Assembly (NCBI RefSeq): GCF_001457615.1
Contig: NZ_LN831024.1
Span: 5,850,001-5,882,000 of the forward strand
Direction of reading: 5' to 3'
DNA from: Pseudomonas aeruginosa
GTDB taxonomy: Bacteria > Pseudomonadota > Gammaproteobacteria > Pseudomonadales > Pseudomonadaceae
Length of the DNA stretch: 32,000 nt
Shown here piece after piece: positions 21,692-31,019 of this stretch. The position numbers and the translations under genes were made by a program. The notes below the pieces were generated by a model. The model made no database searches. It saw only the letters and a program-made list of their open reading frames with translations, and was not told the DNA's origin. Position 1 is the stretch's first letter. Each line of letters begins with the position of its first letter.

Positions 21692-22948
21692 ATGAGCACG
21701 GAAAAAACCAAACTTGGCGTCCACTCCGAAGCCGGCAAACTGCGCAAAGTGATGGTCTGCTCGCCCGGACTCGCCCACCAGCGCCTGACCCCGAGCAACT
21801 GCGACGAGTTGCTGTTCGACGACGTGATCTGGGTGAACCAGGCCAAGCGCGACCACTTCGACTTCGTCACTAAGATGCGCGAGCGCGGCATCGACGTCCT
21901 CGAGATGCACAATCTGCTGACCGAGACCATCCAGAACCCGGAAGCGCTGAAGTGGATCCTCGATCGCAAGATCACCGCCGACAGCGTCGGCCTGGGCCTG
22001 ACCAGCGAGCTGCGCTCCTGGCTGGAGAGCCTGGAGCCGCGCAAGCTGGCCGAGTACCTGATCGGCGGCGTCGCCGCTGACGACCTGCCCGCCAGCGAAG
22101 GCGCCGACATCCTCAAGATGTACCGCGAGTACCTGGGCCATTCCAGCTTCCTGCTGCCGCCGTTGCCGAACACCCAGTTCACCCGTGACACCACGTGCTG
22201 GATCTACGGCGGCGTGACCCTGAACCCGATGTACTGGCCGGCGCGACGACAGGAAACCCTGCTGACCACCGCCATCTACAAGTTCCATCCCGAGTTCGCC
22301 AACGCCGAATTCGAGATCTGGTACGGCGACCCGGACAAGGACCACGGCTCCTCGACCCTGGAAGGCGGCGACGTGATGCCGATCGGCAACGGCGTGGTCC
22401 TGATCGGCATGGGCGAGCGCTCCTCGCGCCAGGCCATCGGTCAGGTCGCCCAGTCGCTGTTCGCCAAGGGCGCCGCCGAGCGGGTGATCGTCGCCGGCCT
22501 GCCGAAGTCCCGCGCCGCGATGCACCTGGACACCGTGTTCAGCTTCTGCGACCGCGACCTGGTCACGGTCTTCCCGGAAGTGGTCAAGGAAATCGTGCCC
22601 TTCAGCCTGCGCCCCGATCCGAGCAGCCCCTACGGCATGAACATCCGCCGCGAGGAGAAAACCTTCCTCGAAGTGGTCGCCGAATCCCTCGGCCTGAAGA
22701 AACTGCGCGTGGTCGAGACCGGCGGCAACAGCTTCGCCGCCGAGCGCGAGCAATGGGACGACGGTAACAACGTGGTCTGCCTGGAGCCGGGCGTGGTGGT
22801 CGGCTATGACCGCAACACCTACACCAACACCCTGCTGCGCAAGGCCGGCGTCGAGGTCATCACCATCAGCGCCAGCGAACTGGGTCGCGGTCGCGGCGGC
22901 GGCCACTGCATGACCTGCCCGATCATCCGCGACCCGATCGACTACTGA
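21692..22948 (+). CDS. arcA: Arginine deiminase
   Basis: 418 aa. [33 protein letters not shown]; C-terminal active-site [21 protein letters not shown]. Confidence 0.99.
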   Translation: MSTEKTKLGVHSEAGKLRKVMVCSPGLAHQRLTPSNCDELLFDDVIWVNQAKRDHFDFVTKMRERGIDVLEMHNLLTETIQNPEALKWILDRKITADSVGLGLTSELRSWLESLEPRKLAEYLIGGVAADDLPASEGADILKMYREYLGHSSFLLPPLPNTQFTRDTTCWIYGGVTLNPMYWPARRQETLLTTAIYKFHPEFANAEFEIWYGDPDKDHGSSTLEGGDVMPIGNGVVLIGMGERSSRQAIGQVAQSLFAKGAAERVIVAGLPKSRAAMHLDTVFSFCDRDLVTVFPEVVKEIVPFSLRPDPSSPYGMNIRREEKTFLEVVAESLGLKKLRVVETGGNSFAAEREQWDDGNNVVCLEPGVVVGYDRNTYTNTLLRKAGVEVITISASELGRGRGGGHCMTCPIIRDPIDY

Positions 22949-22973
22949 CAGACAACCCGCTCTCGAGCTGAAC

Positions 22974-23000
22974 GGCGGCGTCCCCAGGAGGGGCGCCGCC
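22974..23000 (+). other. Intercistronic stem-loop arcA-arcB
   Basis: GGCGGCG-t-CCCC-agga-GGGG-CGCCGCC. Confidence 0.7.
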
Positions 23001-23027
23001 CACCGACTTCCCACAAGGAGATCAATC

Positions 23028-24038
23028 ATGGCTTTCAACATGCACAACCGTAACCTGCTCAGCCTGATGCACCACAGCACCCGCGAGCTGCGTTACCTGC
23101 TCGACCTGTCCCGCGACCTCAAGCGCGCCAAGTACACCGGCACCGAGCAGCAGCACCTGAAGCGCAAGAACATTGCCCTGATCTTCGAGAAAACCTCCAC
23201 TCGCACCCGCTGCGCCTTCGAGGTGGCCGCCTACGACCAGGGCGCCAACGTCACCTACATCGACCCGAACTCCTCGCAGATCGGCCACAAGGAGAGCATG
23301 AAGGACACCGCGCGGGTTCTCGGCCGGATGTACGACGCCATCGAGTACCGCGGCTTCAAGCAGGAAATCGTCGAGGAACTCGCGAAGTTCGCCGGCGTTC
23401 CGGTGTTCAACGGCCTGACCGACGAATACCACCCGACCCAGATGCTCGCCGACGTGCTGACCATGCGCGAGCACAGCGACAAGCCGCTGCACGACATCAG
23501 CTACGCCTACCTGGGCGACGCGCGCAACAACATGGGTAACTCCCTGCTGCTGATCGGCGCCAAGCTCGGCATGGACGTACGCATCGCCGCGCCGAAGGCG
23601 CTCTGGCCGCACGACGAGTTCGTCGCCCAGTGCAAGAAGTTCGCCGAGGAAAGCGGCGCCAAGCTGACCCTCACCGAGGATCCGAAGGAAGCCGTGAAGG
23701 GCGTGGACTTCGTCCACACCGACGTCTGGGTGTCGATGGGCGAGCCGGTGGAAGCCTGGGGCGAGCGGATCAAGGAACTGCTGCCCTACCAGGTCAACAT
23801 GGAGATCATGAAGGCCACCGGCAACCCGCGGGCCAAGTTCATGCACTGCCTGCCGGCGTTCCACAACAGCGAGACCAAGGTCGGCAAGCAGATCGCCGAG
23901 CAGTATCCGAACCTGGCCAACGGCATCGAGGTGACCGAGGACGTCTTCGAGTCGCCCTACAACATCGCCTTCGAGCAGGCCGAGAACCGCATGCATACCA
24001 TCAAGGCGATCCTCGTCTCGACCCTCGCCGACATCTGA
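23028..24038 (+). CDS. arcB: Ornithine carbamoyltransferase, catabolic
   Basis: 336 aa. [16 protein letters not shown] carbamoyl-phosphate motif; [10 protein letters not shown] ornithine motif. Confidence 0.99.
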   Translation: MAFNMHNRNLLSLMHHSTRELRYLLDLSRDLKRAKYTGTEQQHLKRKNIALIFEKTSTRTRCAFEVAAYDQGANVTYIDPNSSQIGHKESMKDTARVLGRMYDAIEYRGFKQEIVEELAKFAGVPVFNGLTDEYHPTQMLADVLTMREHSDKPLHDISYAYLGDARNNMGNSLLLIGAKLGMDVRIAAPKALWPHDEFVAQCKKFAEESGAKLTLTEDPKEAVKGVDFVHTDVWVSMGEPVEAWGERIKELLPYQVNMEIMKATGNPRAKFMHCLPAFHNSETKVGKQIAEQYPNLANGIEVTEDVFESPYNIAFEQAENRMHTIKAILVSTLADI

Positions 24039-24046
24039 CCGCGCTC

Positions 24047-24076
24047 CTGCGCCCCGGCCCACGCGGCCGGGCGCAG
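24047..24076 (+). other. Intercistronic stem-loop arcB-arcC
   Basis: CTGCGCCCCGGCC-cacgc-GGCCGGGCGCAG, GC-rich stem with one bulge. Confidence 0.65.
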
Positions 24077-24098
24077 CCGCCTTCCGGAGGTAACCGAT

Positions 24099-25031
24099 AT
24101 GCGTATCGTCGTCGCATTGGGCGGTAATGCCCTGCTACGCCGTGGCGAACCCATGACCGCGGACAACCAGCGGGAAAACGTGCGGATCGCCGCCGAACAG
24201 ATCGCCAAGGTGGCGCCCGGCAACGAGCTGGTGATCGCCCACGGCAACGGCCCCCAGGTCGGCCTGCTGGCCCTCCAGGGTGCCGCCTACGACAAGGTCT
24301 CGCCCTACCCGCTGGACGTCCTCGGCGCGGAAACCGAGGGCATGATCGGCTACATGATCGAACAGGAAATGGGCAACCTGCTGCCGTTCGAAGTGCCGTT
24401 CGCCACCATCCTCACCCAGGTCGAGGTGGACGGTAAGGATCCGGCGTTCCAGAACCCGACCAAGCCGATCGGCCCGGTCTACTCCAGGGAAGAAGCCGAG
24501 CGCCTGGCCGCCGAGAAGGGCTGGAGCATCGCCCCGGACGGCGACAAGTTCCGCCGCGTGGTGCCCAGCCCGCGGCCGAAGCGGATCTTCGAGATCCGCC
24601 CGGTGAAGTGGCTGCTGGAGAAAGGCACCATCGTCATCTGCGCTGGCGGCGGCGGTATCCCGACCATGTACGACGAGGCCGGGAAGAAGCTCAGCGGCGT
24701 CGAGGCGGTGATCGACAAGGACCTCTGCTCCTCGCTGCTGGCCCAGGAGCTGGTGGCCGACATCCTGATCATCGCCACCGACGTCGACGCGGCCTACGTC
24801 GACTGGGGCAAGCCGACCCAGAAGGCCATCGCCCAGGCCCACCCGGACGAACTGGAGCGCCTCGGCTTCGCCGCCGGCTCCATGGGTCCGAAGGTCCAGG
24901 CCGCCATCGAGTTCGCCCGCGCCACCGGCAAGGACGCGGTGATCGGTTCGCTCGCGGACATCGTCGCAATCACCGAGGGCAAGGCGGGAACACGGGTCAG
25001 CACGCGCAAGGCGGGCATCGAGTACCGCTGA
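24099..25031 (+). CDS. arcC: Carbamate kinase
   Basis: 310 aa. [24 protein letters not shown]; IEYR C-terminus. Confidence 0.99.
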
Positions 25032-25044
25032 TACACCACCCCCA

Positions 25045-25067
25045 GGGCCGCTTCGCGGCCCTTCTTC
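25045..25067 (+). terminator. Terminator after arcDABC
   Basis: GGGCCGC-ttc-GCGGCCC followed by TTCTTC, immediately after arcC. Confidence 0.65.
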
Positions 25068-25443
25068 ATTCTCCTCTGCCGGCATCGGGCGAAAGGTGGA
25101 TAGCGCCACGCCTCTGCGCGCGGACTTTCAAGCAAGTCCCGCAACACTCGCCCACGCCCCACCTCTGCCAACAGCCCGGCCATGGGCGTCAATCCCCCCA
25201 CGGCAGACCGCCAGCACTTGTGGAAAGCCCACGCAACGCGGTATTCAGTAGGAAAATACGTGACTCGATAGTCATGATTCACGTCAGCATAGTCACCCTG
25301 ATCATTTCAACGGCCACTGGCTCGTGCCCGGGTCCGTGAAGCTCGCCTCGCCGACGGGAAAGGCCGCCATCGCCGCCACGCGCTTCCCGCTCCGGACCAG
25401 GCAGCAGCCCGGCACGCGAACGACTATTCGAAGGAGTTTCTGA

Positions 25444-27351
25444 GTGATGTATCGACTACCGGTCATTGTTGGTTTCGGTGGCTACAACGCAGCAGGCCGT
25501 AGTTCCTTCCACCACGGCTTCCGCCGCATGGTCATCGAATCGATGGACCCGCAGGCGCGCCAGGAAACCCTAGCCGGCCTGGCGGTCATGATGAAACTGG
25601 TCAAGGCCGAAGGCGGCCGCTACCTGGCCGAAGACGGCACGCCGCTGTCCCCGGAGGACATCGAGCGGCGCTACGCCGAACGCATCTTCGCCTCTACCCT
25701 GGTGCGACGCATCGAACCGCAGTACCTCGACCCGGATGCAGTCCACTGGCACAAGGTCCTCGAGCTGTCCCCTGCCGAAGGCCAGGCGCTGACCTTCAAG
25801 GCCTCGCCCAAGCAACTGCCCGAGCCGCTGCCGGCCAACTGGACGATCGCTCCCGCGGAGGACGGCGAGGTGCTGGTGAGCATCCACGAGCGCTGCGAGT
25901 TCAAGGTGGACAGCTACCGTGCGCTGACGGTGAAGTCCGCCGGCCAGTTGCCCACCGGTTTCGAACCGGGCGAGCTGTACAACTCGCGCTTCCACCCGCG
26001 CGGCCTGCAGATGTCGGTGGTCGCCGCGACCGACGCGATCCGCTCCACCGGCATCGACTGGAAGACCATCGTCGACAACGTCCAGCCCGACGAGATCGCG
26101 GTATTCTCCGGCAGCATCATGAGCCAGCTCGACGACAACGGTTTCGGCGGCCTGATGCAATCCCGCCTGAAGGGCCACCGGGTCTCGGCCAAGCAACTGC
26201 CGCTGGGCTTCAACAGCATGCCCACCGATTTCATCAATGCCTACGTGCTCGGCAGCGTCGGCATGACCGGCAGCATCACAGGCGCCTGCGCCACCTTCCT
26301 CTACAACCTGCAGAAGGGTATCGACGTCATCACCAGCGGCCAGGCCCGGGTGGTCATCGTCGGCAACAGCGAGGCGCCGATCCTGCCGGAGTGCATCGAG
26401 GGCTACAGCGCCATGGGCGCACTGGCCACCGAAGAAGGCCTGCGCCTGATCGAAGGCCGCGACGACGTGGACTTCCGCCGCGCCAGCCGGCCTTTCGGCG
26501 AGAACTGCGGCTTCACCCTGGCCGAGTCCAGCCAATACGTAGTGCTGATGGACGACGAACTGGCCCTGCGCCTGGGCGCGGATATCCACGGCGCGGTAAC
26601 CGACGTGTTCATCAACGCCGACGGTTTCAAGAAGTCCATCTCCGCCCCCGGCCCGGGCAACTACCTGACGGTAGCCAAGGCGGTGGCCAGCGCGGTGCAG
26701 ATCGTCGGCCTGGACACCGTGCGCCACGCCAGCTTCGTCCACGCCCACGGCTCCAGCACGCCGGCCAACCGGGTCACCGAATCGGAAATCCTCGACCGCG
26801 TGGCCAGCGCCTTCGGCATCGACGGCTGGCCGGTCACCGCGGTGAAGGCCTACGTCGGCCACTCCCTGGCCACCGCCAGCGCCGATCAACTGATTTCCGC
26901 CCTGGGCACCTTCAAGTACGGCATCCTCCCTGGGATCAAGACCATCGACAAGGTCGCCGACGACGTCCACCAGCAGCGCCTGAGCATCTCCAATCGCGAC
27001 ATGCGCCAGGACAAGCCGCTGGAGGTGTGCTTCATCAACTCCAAGGGCTTCGGCGGCAACAACGCCAGCGGCGTGGTGCTGTCGCCGCGAATCGCCGAGA
27101 AGATGCTGCGCAAGCGCCATGGCCAAGCGGCCTTCGCCGCCTACGTCGAGAAGCGCGAGCAGACCCGCGCCGCCGCCCGCGCCTACGACCAGCGCGCGCT
27201 GCAGGGCGACCTGGAGATCATCTACAACTTCGGCCAGGACCTGATCGACGAACACGCCATCGAGGTCAGCGCCGAACAGGTGACGGTGCCCGGCTTCAGC
27301 CAGCCGCTGGTATACAAGAAGGACGCGCGTTTCAGTGACATGCTCGACTGA
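25444..27351 (+). CDS. fabY: Beta-ketoacyl synthase, FabY-type (fatty acid synthesis initiation)
   Basis: 635 aa from GTG (or 634 aa from ATG at 25447). Thiolase-fold motifs SVGMTGSITGACATFLYN, ASFVHAHGSSTPANR, KAYVGHSLATASADQL; matches P. aeruginosa FabY as recalled. Confidence 0.88.
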   Translation: MMYRLPVIVGFGGYNAAGRSSFHHGFRRMVIESMDPQARQETLAGLAVMMKLVKAEGGRYLAEDGTPLSPEDIERRYAERIFASTLVRRIEPQYLDPDAVHWHKVLELSPAEGQALTFKASPKQLPEPLPANWTIAPAEDGEVLVSIHERCEFKVDSYRALTVKSAGQLPTGFEPGELYNSRFHPRGLQMSVVAATDAIRSTGIDWKTIVDNVQPDEIAVFSGSIMSQLDDNGFGGLMQSRLKGHRVSAKQLPLGFNSMPTDFINAYVLGSVGMTGSITGACATFLYNLQKGIDVITSGQARVVIVGNSEAPILPECIEGYSAMGALATEEGLRLIEGRDDVDFRRASRPFGENCGFTLAESSQYVVLMDDELALRLGADIHGAVTDVFINADGFKKSISAPGPGNYLTVAKAVASAVQIVGLDTVRHASFVHAHGSSTPANRVTESEILDRVASAFGIDGWPVTAVKAYVGHSLATASADQLISALGTFKYGILPGIKTIDKVADDVHQQRLSISNRDMRQDKPLEVCFINSKGFGGNNASGVVLSPRIAEKMLRKRHGQAAFAAYVEKREQTRAAARAYDQRALQGDLEIIYNFGQDLIDEHAIEVSAEQVTVPGFSQPLVYKKDARFSDMLD

Positions 27352-27366
27352 GCGCCACCACAACGG

Positions 27367-27393
27367 AAAAGGCCCGGCTAGACCGGGCCTTTT
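27367..27393. terminator. Bidirectional Rho-independent terminator after fabY
   Basis: AAAAGGCCCGGCTAGACCGGGCCTTTT. Confidence 0.9.
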
Positions 27394-27626
27394 CGTTTCA
27401 GTGCAGCGCGCGCCAGTTGGATCAGCTCGCTGCGCCACTCGGCGAGCCTATCTGGATGCGCTGGATCAGGTGATGGCCAGTTCCAGCGTTTCACCGACAG
27501 CCGCTGGAAGTTCACGGGTACGATGCCGATCTGGACTTCCAGCGTCTCATGGAGGAACAAACAGCGACGAGGTTCCTGGCGGAACTGAAAAAGCACCGAT
27601 CGGCCAATTTTGACATCAAGCTCCAC
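27378..27626 (-). CDS. Small hypothetical ORF (82 aa) whose C-terminus is encoded by the duplicated cysQ 3' end
   Basis: GTG start with upstream GGGAG. Sequence ...PAHPDRLAEWRSELIQLARAALKRKGPV; the EWRSELIQLARA segment is identical to the CysQ C-terminus. The opposite strand is also partly open, so coding is uncertain. Confidence 0.25.
   Translation of the reverse strand: MELDVKIGRSVLFQFRQEPRRCLFLHETLEVQIGIVPVNFQRLSVKRWNWPSPDPAHPDRLAEWRSELIQLARAALKRKGPV
27394..27440. repeat. Left 47-bp direct repeat, a copy of the cysQ 3' end
   Basis: cgtttcagtgcagcgcgcgccagttggatcagctcgctgcgccactc. Same sequence as 28789-28837 except for one missing CG dinucleotide. Confidence 0.95.
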
Positions 27627-27687
27627 GGTGAAGCTCCCATTGAGTTATCAGGCACTGGATATCCGTTCTGATAGCCCCTCGAAACAC

Positions 27688-28389
27688 CTATTTATTGACA
27701 GGTGTTTTCTCATCGCTGGAGGAAAGCACATAGTAAAAAAATACGAACCCCAGCCATAGGGGAAGCATTGCCTCATAATCCCCACTGAAAAAAGAGCAGG
27801 CAAACCCTACCAGCCAAACCGCAAGAAGAATTCCACTCAACACCTGTGTGGTCTTACTGCGAAATATCAGTCCTCCAGAGGTACTACGCCAACCTATAAT
27901 CAGCAACGGCAGGAGCATAAAACAGACGGCAAAAGCGACCGCACAAGAGACAAACCAGGCAACTACTATATTGTCCCTCCACGTTGGATACAGCATTCTA
28001 TCCAGACTTAAAGAGGTTGCTAAAACTTCTGAAAGCACAATGGAAACTGGAGTCGCCAAATAGAGAAAAACCAAAAGCACACGACTTCTCCTCACGACTA
28101 CCGGAGATGGCAGAAAGAATATAGCGAGCGCCAAAATAAGCGCACAAATCGAATACCGCTCCAGATAGATCTTATCGGTAAGCTGCCGGAACAACTCGTC
28201 TTGAAATTTCTCTTCAGCGGTCAGTCTTGAAGCATAGTCATTCATATTCTCAGGATAGATATCTGCCAACACCTCAGAGCTTTTCAAAACATCCATACCC
28301 AGCGAAGCTGAGAATAGATAAATCGATACGCTCGCCATCACAGCCGCAGCTAAAACACGAAAACGATAGATCGATGGATATGTTGGCAT
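27688..28389 (-). CDS. Hypothetical integral membrane protein (~6 predicted TM helices)
   Basis: MPTYPSIYRFRVLAAAVMASVSIYLFSASLGMDV... ATG preceded by a good SD (GGGAGGG); the track uses a TTG at 28404. Lower GC than its neighbours. No family recognised. Confidence 0.75.
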   Translation of the reverse strand: MPTYPSIYRFRVLAAAVMASVSIYLFSASLGMDVLKSSEVLADIYPENMNDYASRLTAEEKFQDELFRQLTDKIYLERYSICALILALAIFFLPSPVVVRRSRVLLVFLYLATPVSIVLSEVLATSLSLDRMLYPTWRDNIVVAWFVSCAVAFAVCFMLLPLLIIGWRSTSGGLIFRSKTTQVLSGILLAVWLVGFACSFFSGDYEAMLPLWLGFVFFYYVLSSSDEKTPVNK

Positions 28390-28716
28390 AGCGCCCTCCC
28401 GCAAACGCGAGAACTCTACGCTCTACATGCTCTCCCCGTGTGCGATTACGATGGAGTTTTCATGGAGCCCATGATCCTCCCCAGGCTTCGGAAAAAATCA
28501 CACAGGAACTTACTCAGGCGCCACCCCTATCGGCACCGGCCGACAGCTCAACGAAAAGCCCCGCTCATACGGTCATGCCGTTCACCAAAGTGAATATTTG
28601 ATGAGCCACTACCGAATCCCGCTGTCAGTCATCTGCTGCGGGCTATTTGCATGTTTTCTGTCAGCCCGAGCGGGCAAAACATCGTAATCTCCCATAGAGA
28701 CCAGAAAACAGATCAG

Positions 28717-28753
28717 AAAAACGCCGCGCCCCCATTGGGGTGCGGCGTTTTTC
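28717..28753. terminator. Bidirectional Rho-independent terminator downstream of cysQ, within the inserted segment
   Basis: gaaaaACGCCGCgcccccattggggtGCGGCGTttttc. Confidence 0.85.
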
Positions 28754-28788
28754 TTAAGTAAACAGCATTAGGGTTCGACCAGCTCTTC

Positions 28789-28837
28789 CGTTTCAGTGCA
28801 GCGCGCGCGCCAGTTGGATCAGCTCGCTGCGCCACTC
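28789..28837. repeat. Right 49-bp direct repeat containing the authentic cysQ 3' end
   Basis: cgtttcagtgcagcgcgcgcgccagttggatcagctcgctgcgccactc; partner of 27394-27440. Confidence 0.95.
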
Positions 28838-29614
28838 AGCAGCGCGCGGCAGGGCCAGGAAGGAGCCGTTGAGGTAGTCCTCGCGCGGCTCGTAGGTGAA
28901 TGGCGCGCCATGCAGGTCGAGCACCTCGCCGCCGGCGCCTTCCAGCACACCCTGGGCGGCGGCCGTGTCCCATTGCGAGGTTGGCGTCAGGCGCGGATAG
29001 CAGTCGGCAGCGCCCTCGGCCAGCAGGCAGAACTTCAGCGAACTGCCGATGCTGGCTCGCCGCAGGTCGCCGAAGCGCTCGCTCAAGCCATCCAGCAGGC
29101 GCTCCTGGGCCGGGCTGCCATGGCGCTTGCTGGCCACCACGGTGAAGGCCTCCTCGGGCTCCAGGCGCACACTGATCGGTTGCGCGCGGCCATCGGCCTC
29201 CTCGCGCCAGGCACCGAGACCGGCGCCACCGTAGTAGCAGCGGCCGCTCACCGGCACGCCGACCAGACCGAACAGCACCCGGCCATCCTCGACCAGGGCC
29301 ACGTTGACGGTGAACTCCTCGCTACCGGAGATGAACTCCTTGGTGCCGTCCAGCGGGTCCACCAGCCACCAGCGCCGCCAGTGGCCGCGCTCGCTCAGCG
29401 GTATCTCGCAATCCTCTTCGGAAAGCACCGGAATGTCCGGCGCCAGCGCCCGCAACCCCGCCTCCAATATATGGTGCGCGGACAGGTCGGCGGCGGTAAC
29501 CGGCGATTCGTCGGCCTTCGAGCGCACCGCCACGTCGGCGCGCCAGTGCGGCAGGATCGCCTCGCCGGCGCGCCGCACCAGCGCCACCAATTCGCCCCAG
29601 GGCACCGGCCTCAT
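28793..29614 (-). CDS. cysQ: 3'(2'),5'-bisphosphate nucleotidase (inositol monophosphatase superfamily)
   Basis: 273 aa from MRPVPWGELVALVRRAGEAILPHW. PVTAADLSAHHIL and WWLVDPLDGTKEFISGSEEFTVNVALVEDG motifs. Confidence 0.95.
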   Translation of the reverse strand: MRPVPWGELVALVRRAGEAILPHWRADVAVRSKADESPVTAADLSAHHILEAGLRALAPDIPVLSEEDCEIPLSERGHWRRWWLVDPLDGTKEFISGSEEFTVNVALVEDGRVLFGLVGVPVSGRCYYGGAGLGAWREEADGRAQPISVRLEPEEAFTVVASKRHGSPAQERLLDGLSERFGDLRRASIGSSLKFCLLAEGAADCYPRLTPTSQWDTAAAQGVLEGAGGEVLDLHGAPFTYEPREDYLNGSFLALPRAAEWRSELIQLARALH

Positions 29615-30177
29615 GCCTGGTACTCGCCGCGCTGGGTGAGCAGGTCGCGCACCAGGTACAGCGCGGCCAGGGCGCGGCCTTCGCTGAACTGGGCGTGCTG
29701 GGCCAGGCTCGACAGTTCGCGCAGGCTGATGCGATCGACGCCCATCGGCTCCGGCTCGTCGCCCGGCAGGCGCTCCTCGTAGAGGTCGCGCGCCAGCACC
29801 ACCTGGATGCGCTGGCTCATGTAGCCCGGCGACAGCGACAGTTCGGTGATGTGCTCCAGTTGCCGGGCACCGTAGCCCGCTTCCTCCTTGAGCTCGCGGT
29901 TGGCCGCCGCGAGGATGTCCTCGCCCGGCTCGACCAGGCCCTTGGGCAGCGACAACTGGTATTCGTCGACCCCGGCGCAATATTCCTCCACCAGCACCGC
30001 GTGCTCGGCATCGAGCATGGCCACCACCATCACCGCACCGTAGCCCTGGCCCTTGCCGACCAGACGCTCGTAGGTGCGCTCGACGCCATTGCTGAAGCGC
30101 AGTTGCAACTCCTCGACAGCGAACAGTCGGCTCTTCGCGACGATCTCGCTGGCGAGTACGGTGGGTTTCTGACGCAT
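29611..30177 (-). CDS. nudE: ADP compounds hydrolase NudE (Nudix)
   Basis: 188 aa from MRQKPTVLASEIVAKSRLF. Nudix box GLVEPGEDILAAANRELKEEAGYGAR. Overlaps cysQ by 4 bp. Confidence 0.93.
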   Translation of the reverse strand: MRQKPTVLASEIVAKSRLFAVEELQLRFSNGVERTYERLVGKGQGYGAVMVVAMLDAEHAVLVEEYCAGVDEYQLSLPKGLVEPGEDILAAANRELKEEAGYGARQLEHITELSLSPGYMSQRIQVVLARDLYEERLPGDEPEPMGVDRISLRELSSLAQHAQFSEGRALAALYLVRDLLTQRGEYQA

Positions 30178-30302
30178 GTGGATAACTCCTTGGCGAAGCC
30201 GGCGGGTTATCATACCCCGGCTTTTCCGATTATCCCTGTCGGAGATTGATGGGAAGCGACAGATTTCCGCATCGATCGCGACGAACCGCGACAAGAGCCG
30301 CC

Positions 30303-30968
30303 ATGCCCACCCTGCCCTGGTCCGCCATCGACACCGTGCTGCTCGACATGGACGGCACCCTGCTCGACCTGCACTTCGACAACCACTTCTGGCTGGAACA
30401 CCTGCCCCAGCGCTATGCCGAACGCAACGGCCTGAGTCGCACCGAAGCCGACGCCGTGCTCGAGCCGCTGTTCCGCGAACACGCCGGCCAGCTCAACTGG
30501 TACTGCCTGGATTTCTGGAGCCGGGAACTGGACCTGTCGATCCGCGAACTCAAGCACGAGGTGGCGCACCTGATCTCGCTGCGTCCGCACGCCGATACCT
30601 TCCTCGCCGCCCTGCGCCGGGCCGGCAAGCGCGTGGCGCTGATCACCAACGCGCACCGCGACTCGCTGTCGCTGAAGCTGGAACGGATCGAACTGGCGCC
30701 CTATTTCGACCGACTGATCAGCTCCCACGACTACGGCTACCCGAAGGAGGACGCGCGCTTCTGGAGCGCCCTGCAAGCCGATTTCGGCTTCGACCCGCAG
30801 CGCAGCCTGTTCATCGACGACAGCCTGCCGATCCTGCGCAGCGCCCGCGCCTATGGTGTCGCCCACCTGTTGGCGGTACGCCACCCGGACAGCCGTGGCC
30901 AGGTCCGGGACACCGAGGAGTTCGCCGCCCAGGAGGACTACCGGCGGCTGCTCGAAGGACTGCCGTAG
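30303..30968 (+). CDS. yrfG: HAD-superfamily hydrolase, YrfG-like (GMP/IMP nucleotidase)
   Basis: 221 aa. VLLDMDGTLLDLHFDNHFW (HAD motif I), ALITNAHRDSL, LFIDDSLPIL. Divergent from nudE, as is typical. Confidence 0.88.
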   Translation: MPTLPWSAIDTVLLDMDGTLLDLHFDNHFWLEHLPQRYAERNGLSRTEADAVLEPLFREHAGQLNWYCLDFWSRELDLSIRELKHEVAHLISLRPHADTFLAALRRAGKRVALITNAHRDSLSLKLERIELAPYFDRLISSHDYGYPKEDARFWSALQADFGFDPQRSLFIDDSLPILRSARAYGVAHLLAVRHPDSRGQVRDTEEFAAQEDYRRLLEGLP

Positions 30969-30981
30969 CCGCGGAAACGAA

Positions 30982-31004
30982 AACCCCGCCACGCGGGCGG
31001 GGTT
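30982..31004. terminator. Stem-loop/terminator between convergent yrfG and the LysM gene
   Basis: AACCCCGCC-acgc-GGGCGGGGTT with a 5' A-tract (T-tract for the minus strand). Confidence 0.7.
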
Positions 31005-31019
31005 GGCGAAACGCCGGGA

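Larger units (their letters stand above)
27441..28788. mobile_element. Candidate ~1.35 kb genomic insertion / mini-island between fabY and cysQ
   Basis: Lower-GC interior flanked by 47/49-bp direct repeats of the cysQ 3' terminus. Carries an orphan membrane protein gene and a terminator. No integrase or transposase ORF inside. Confidence 0.6.

Noticed and set aside
21671-23080. 469-aa minus-strand ORF
   Set aside because: Antisense to arcA, which is certain from sequence.
25570-27438. 622-aa minus-strand ORF
   Set aside because: Antisense to fabY, which has clear thiolase-fold motifs; composition is an artefact.
27441-28788. Integron gene cassette interpretation of the insertion
   Set aside because: I could not identify an attC-like imperfect inverted repeat with GTTRRRY/RYYYAAC ends, and the flanking copies derive from cysQ coding sequence rather than an att site; not supported.
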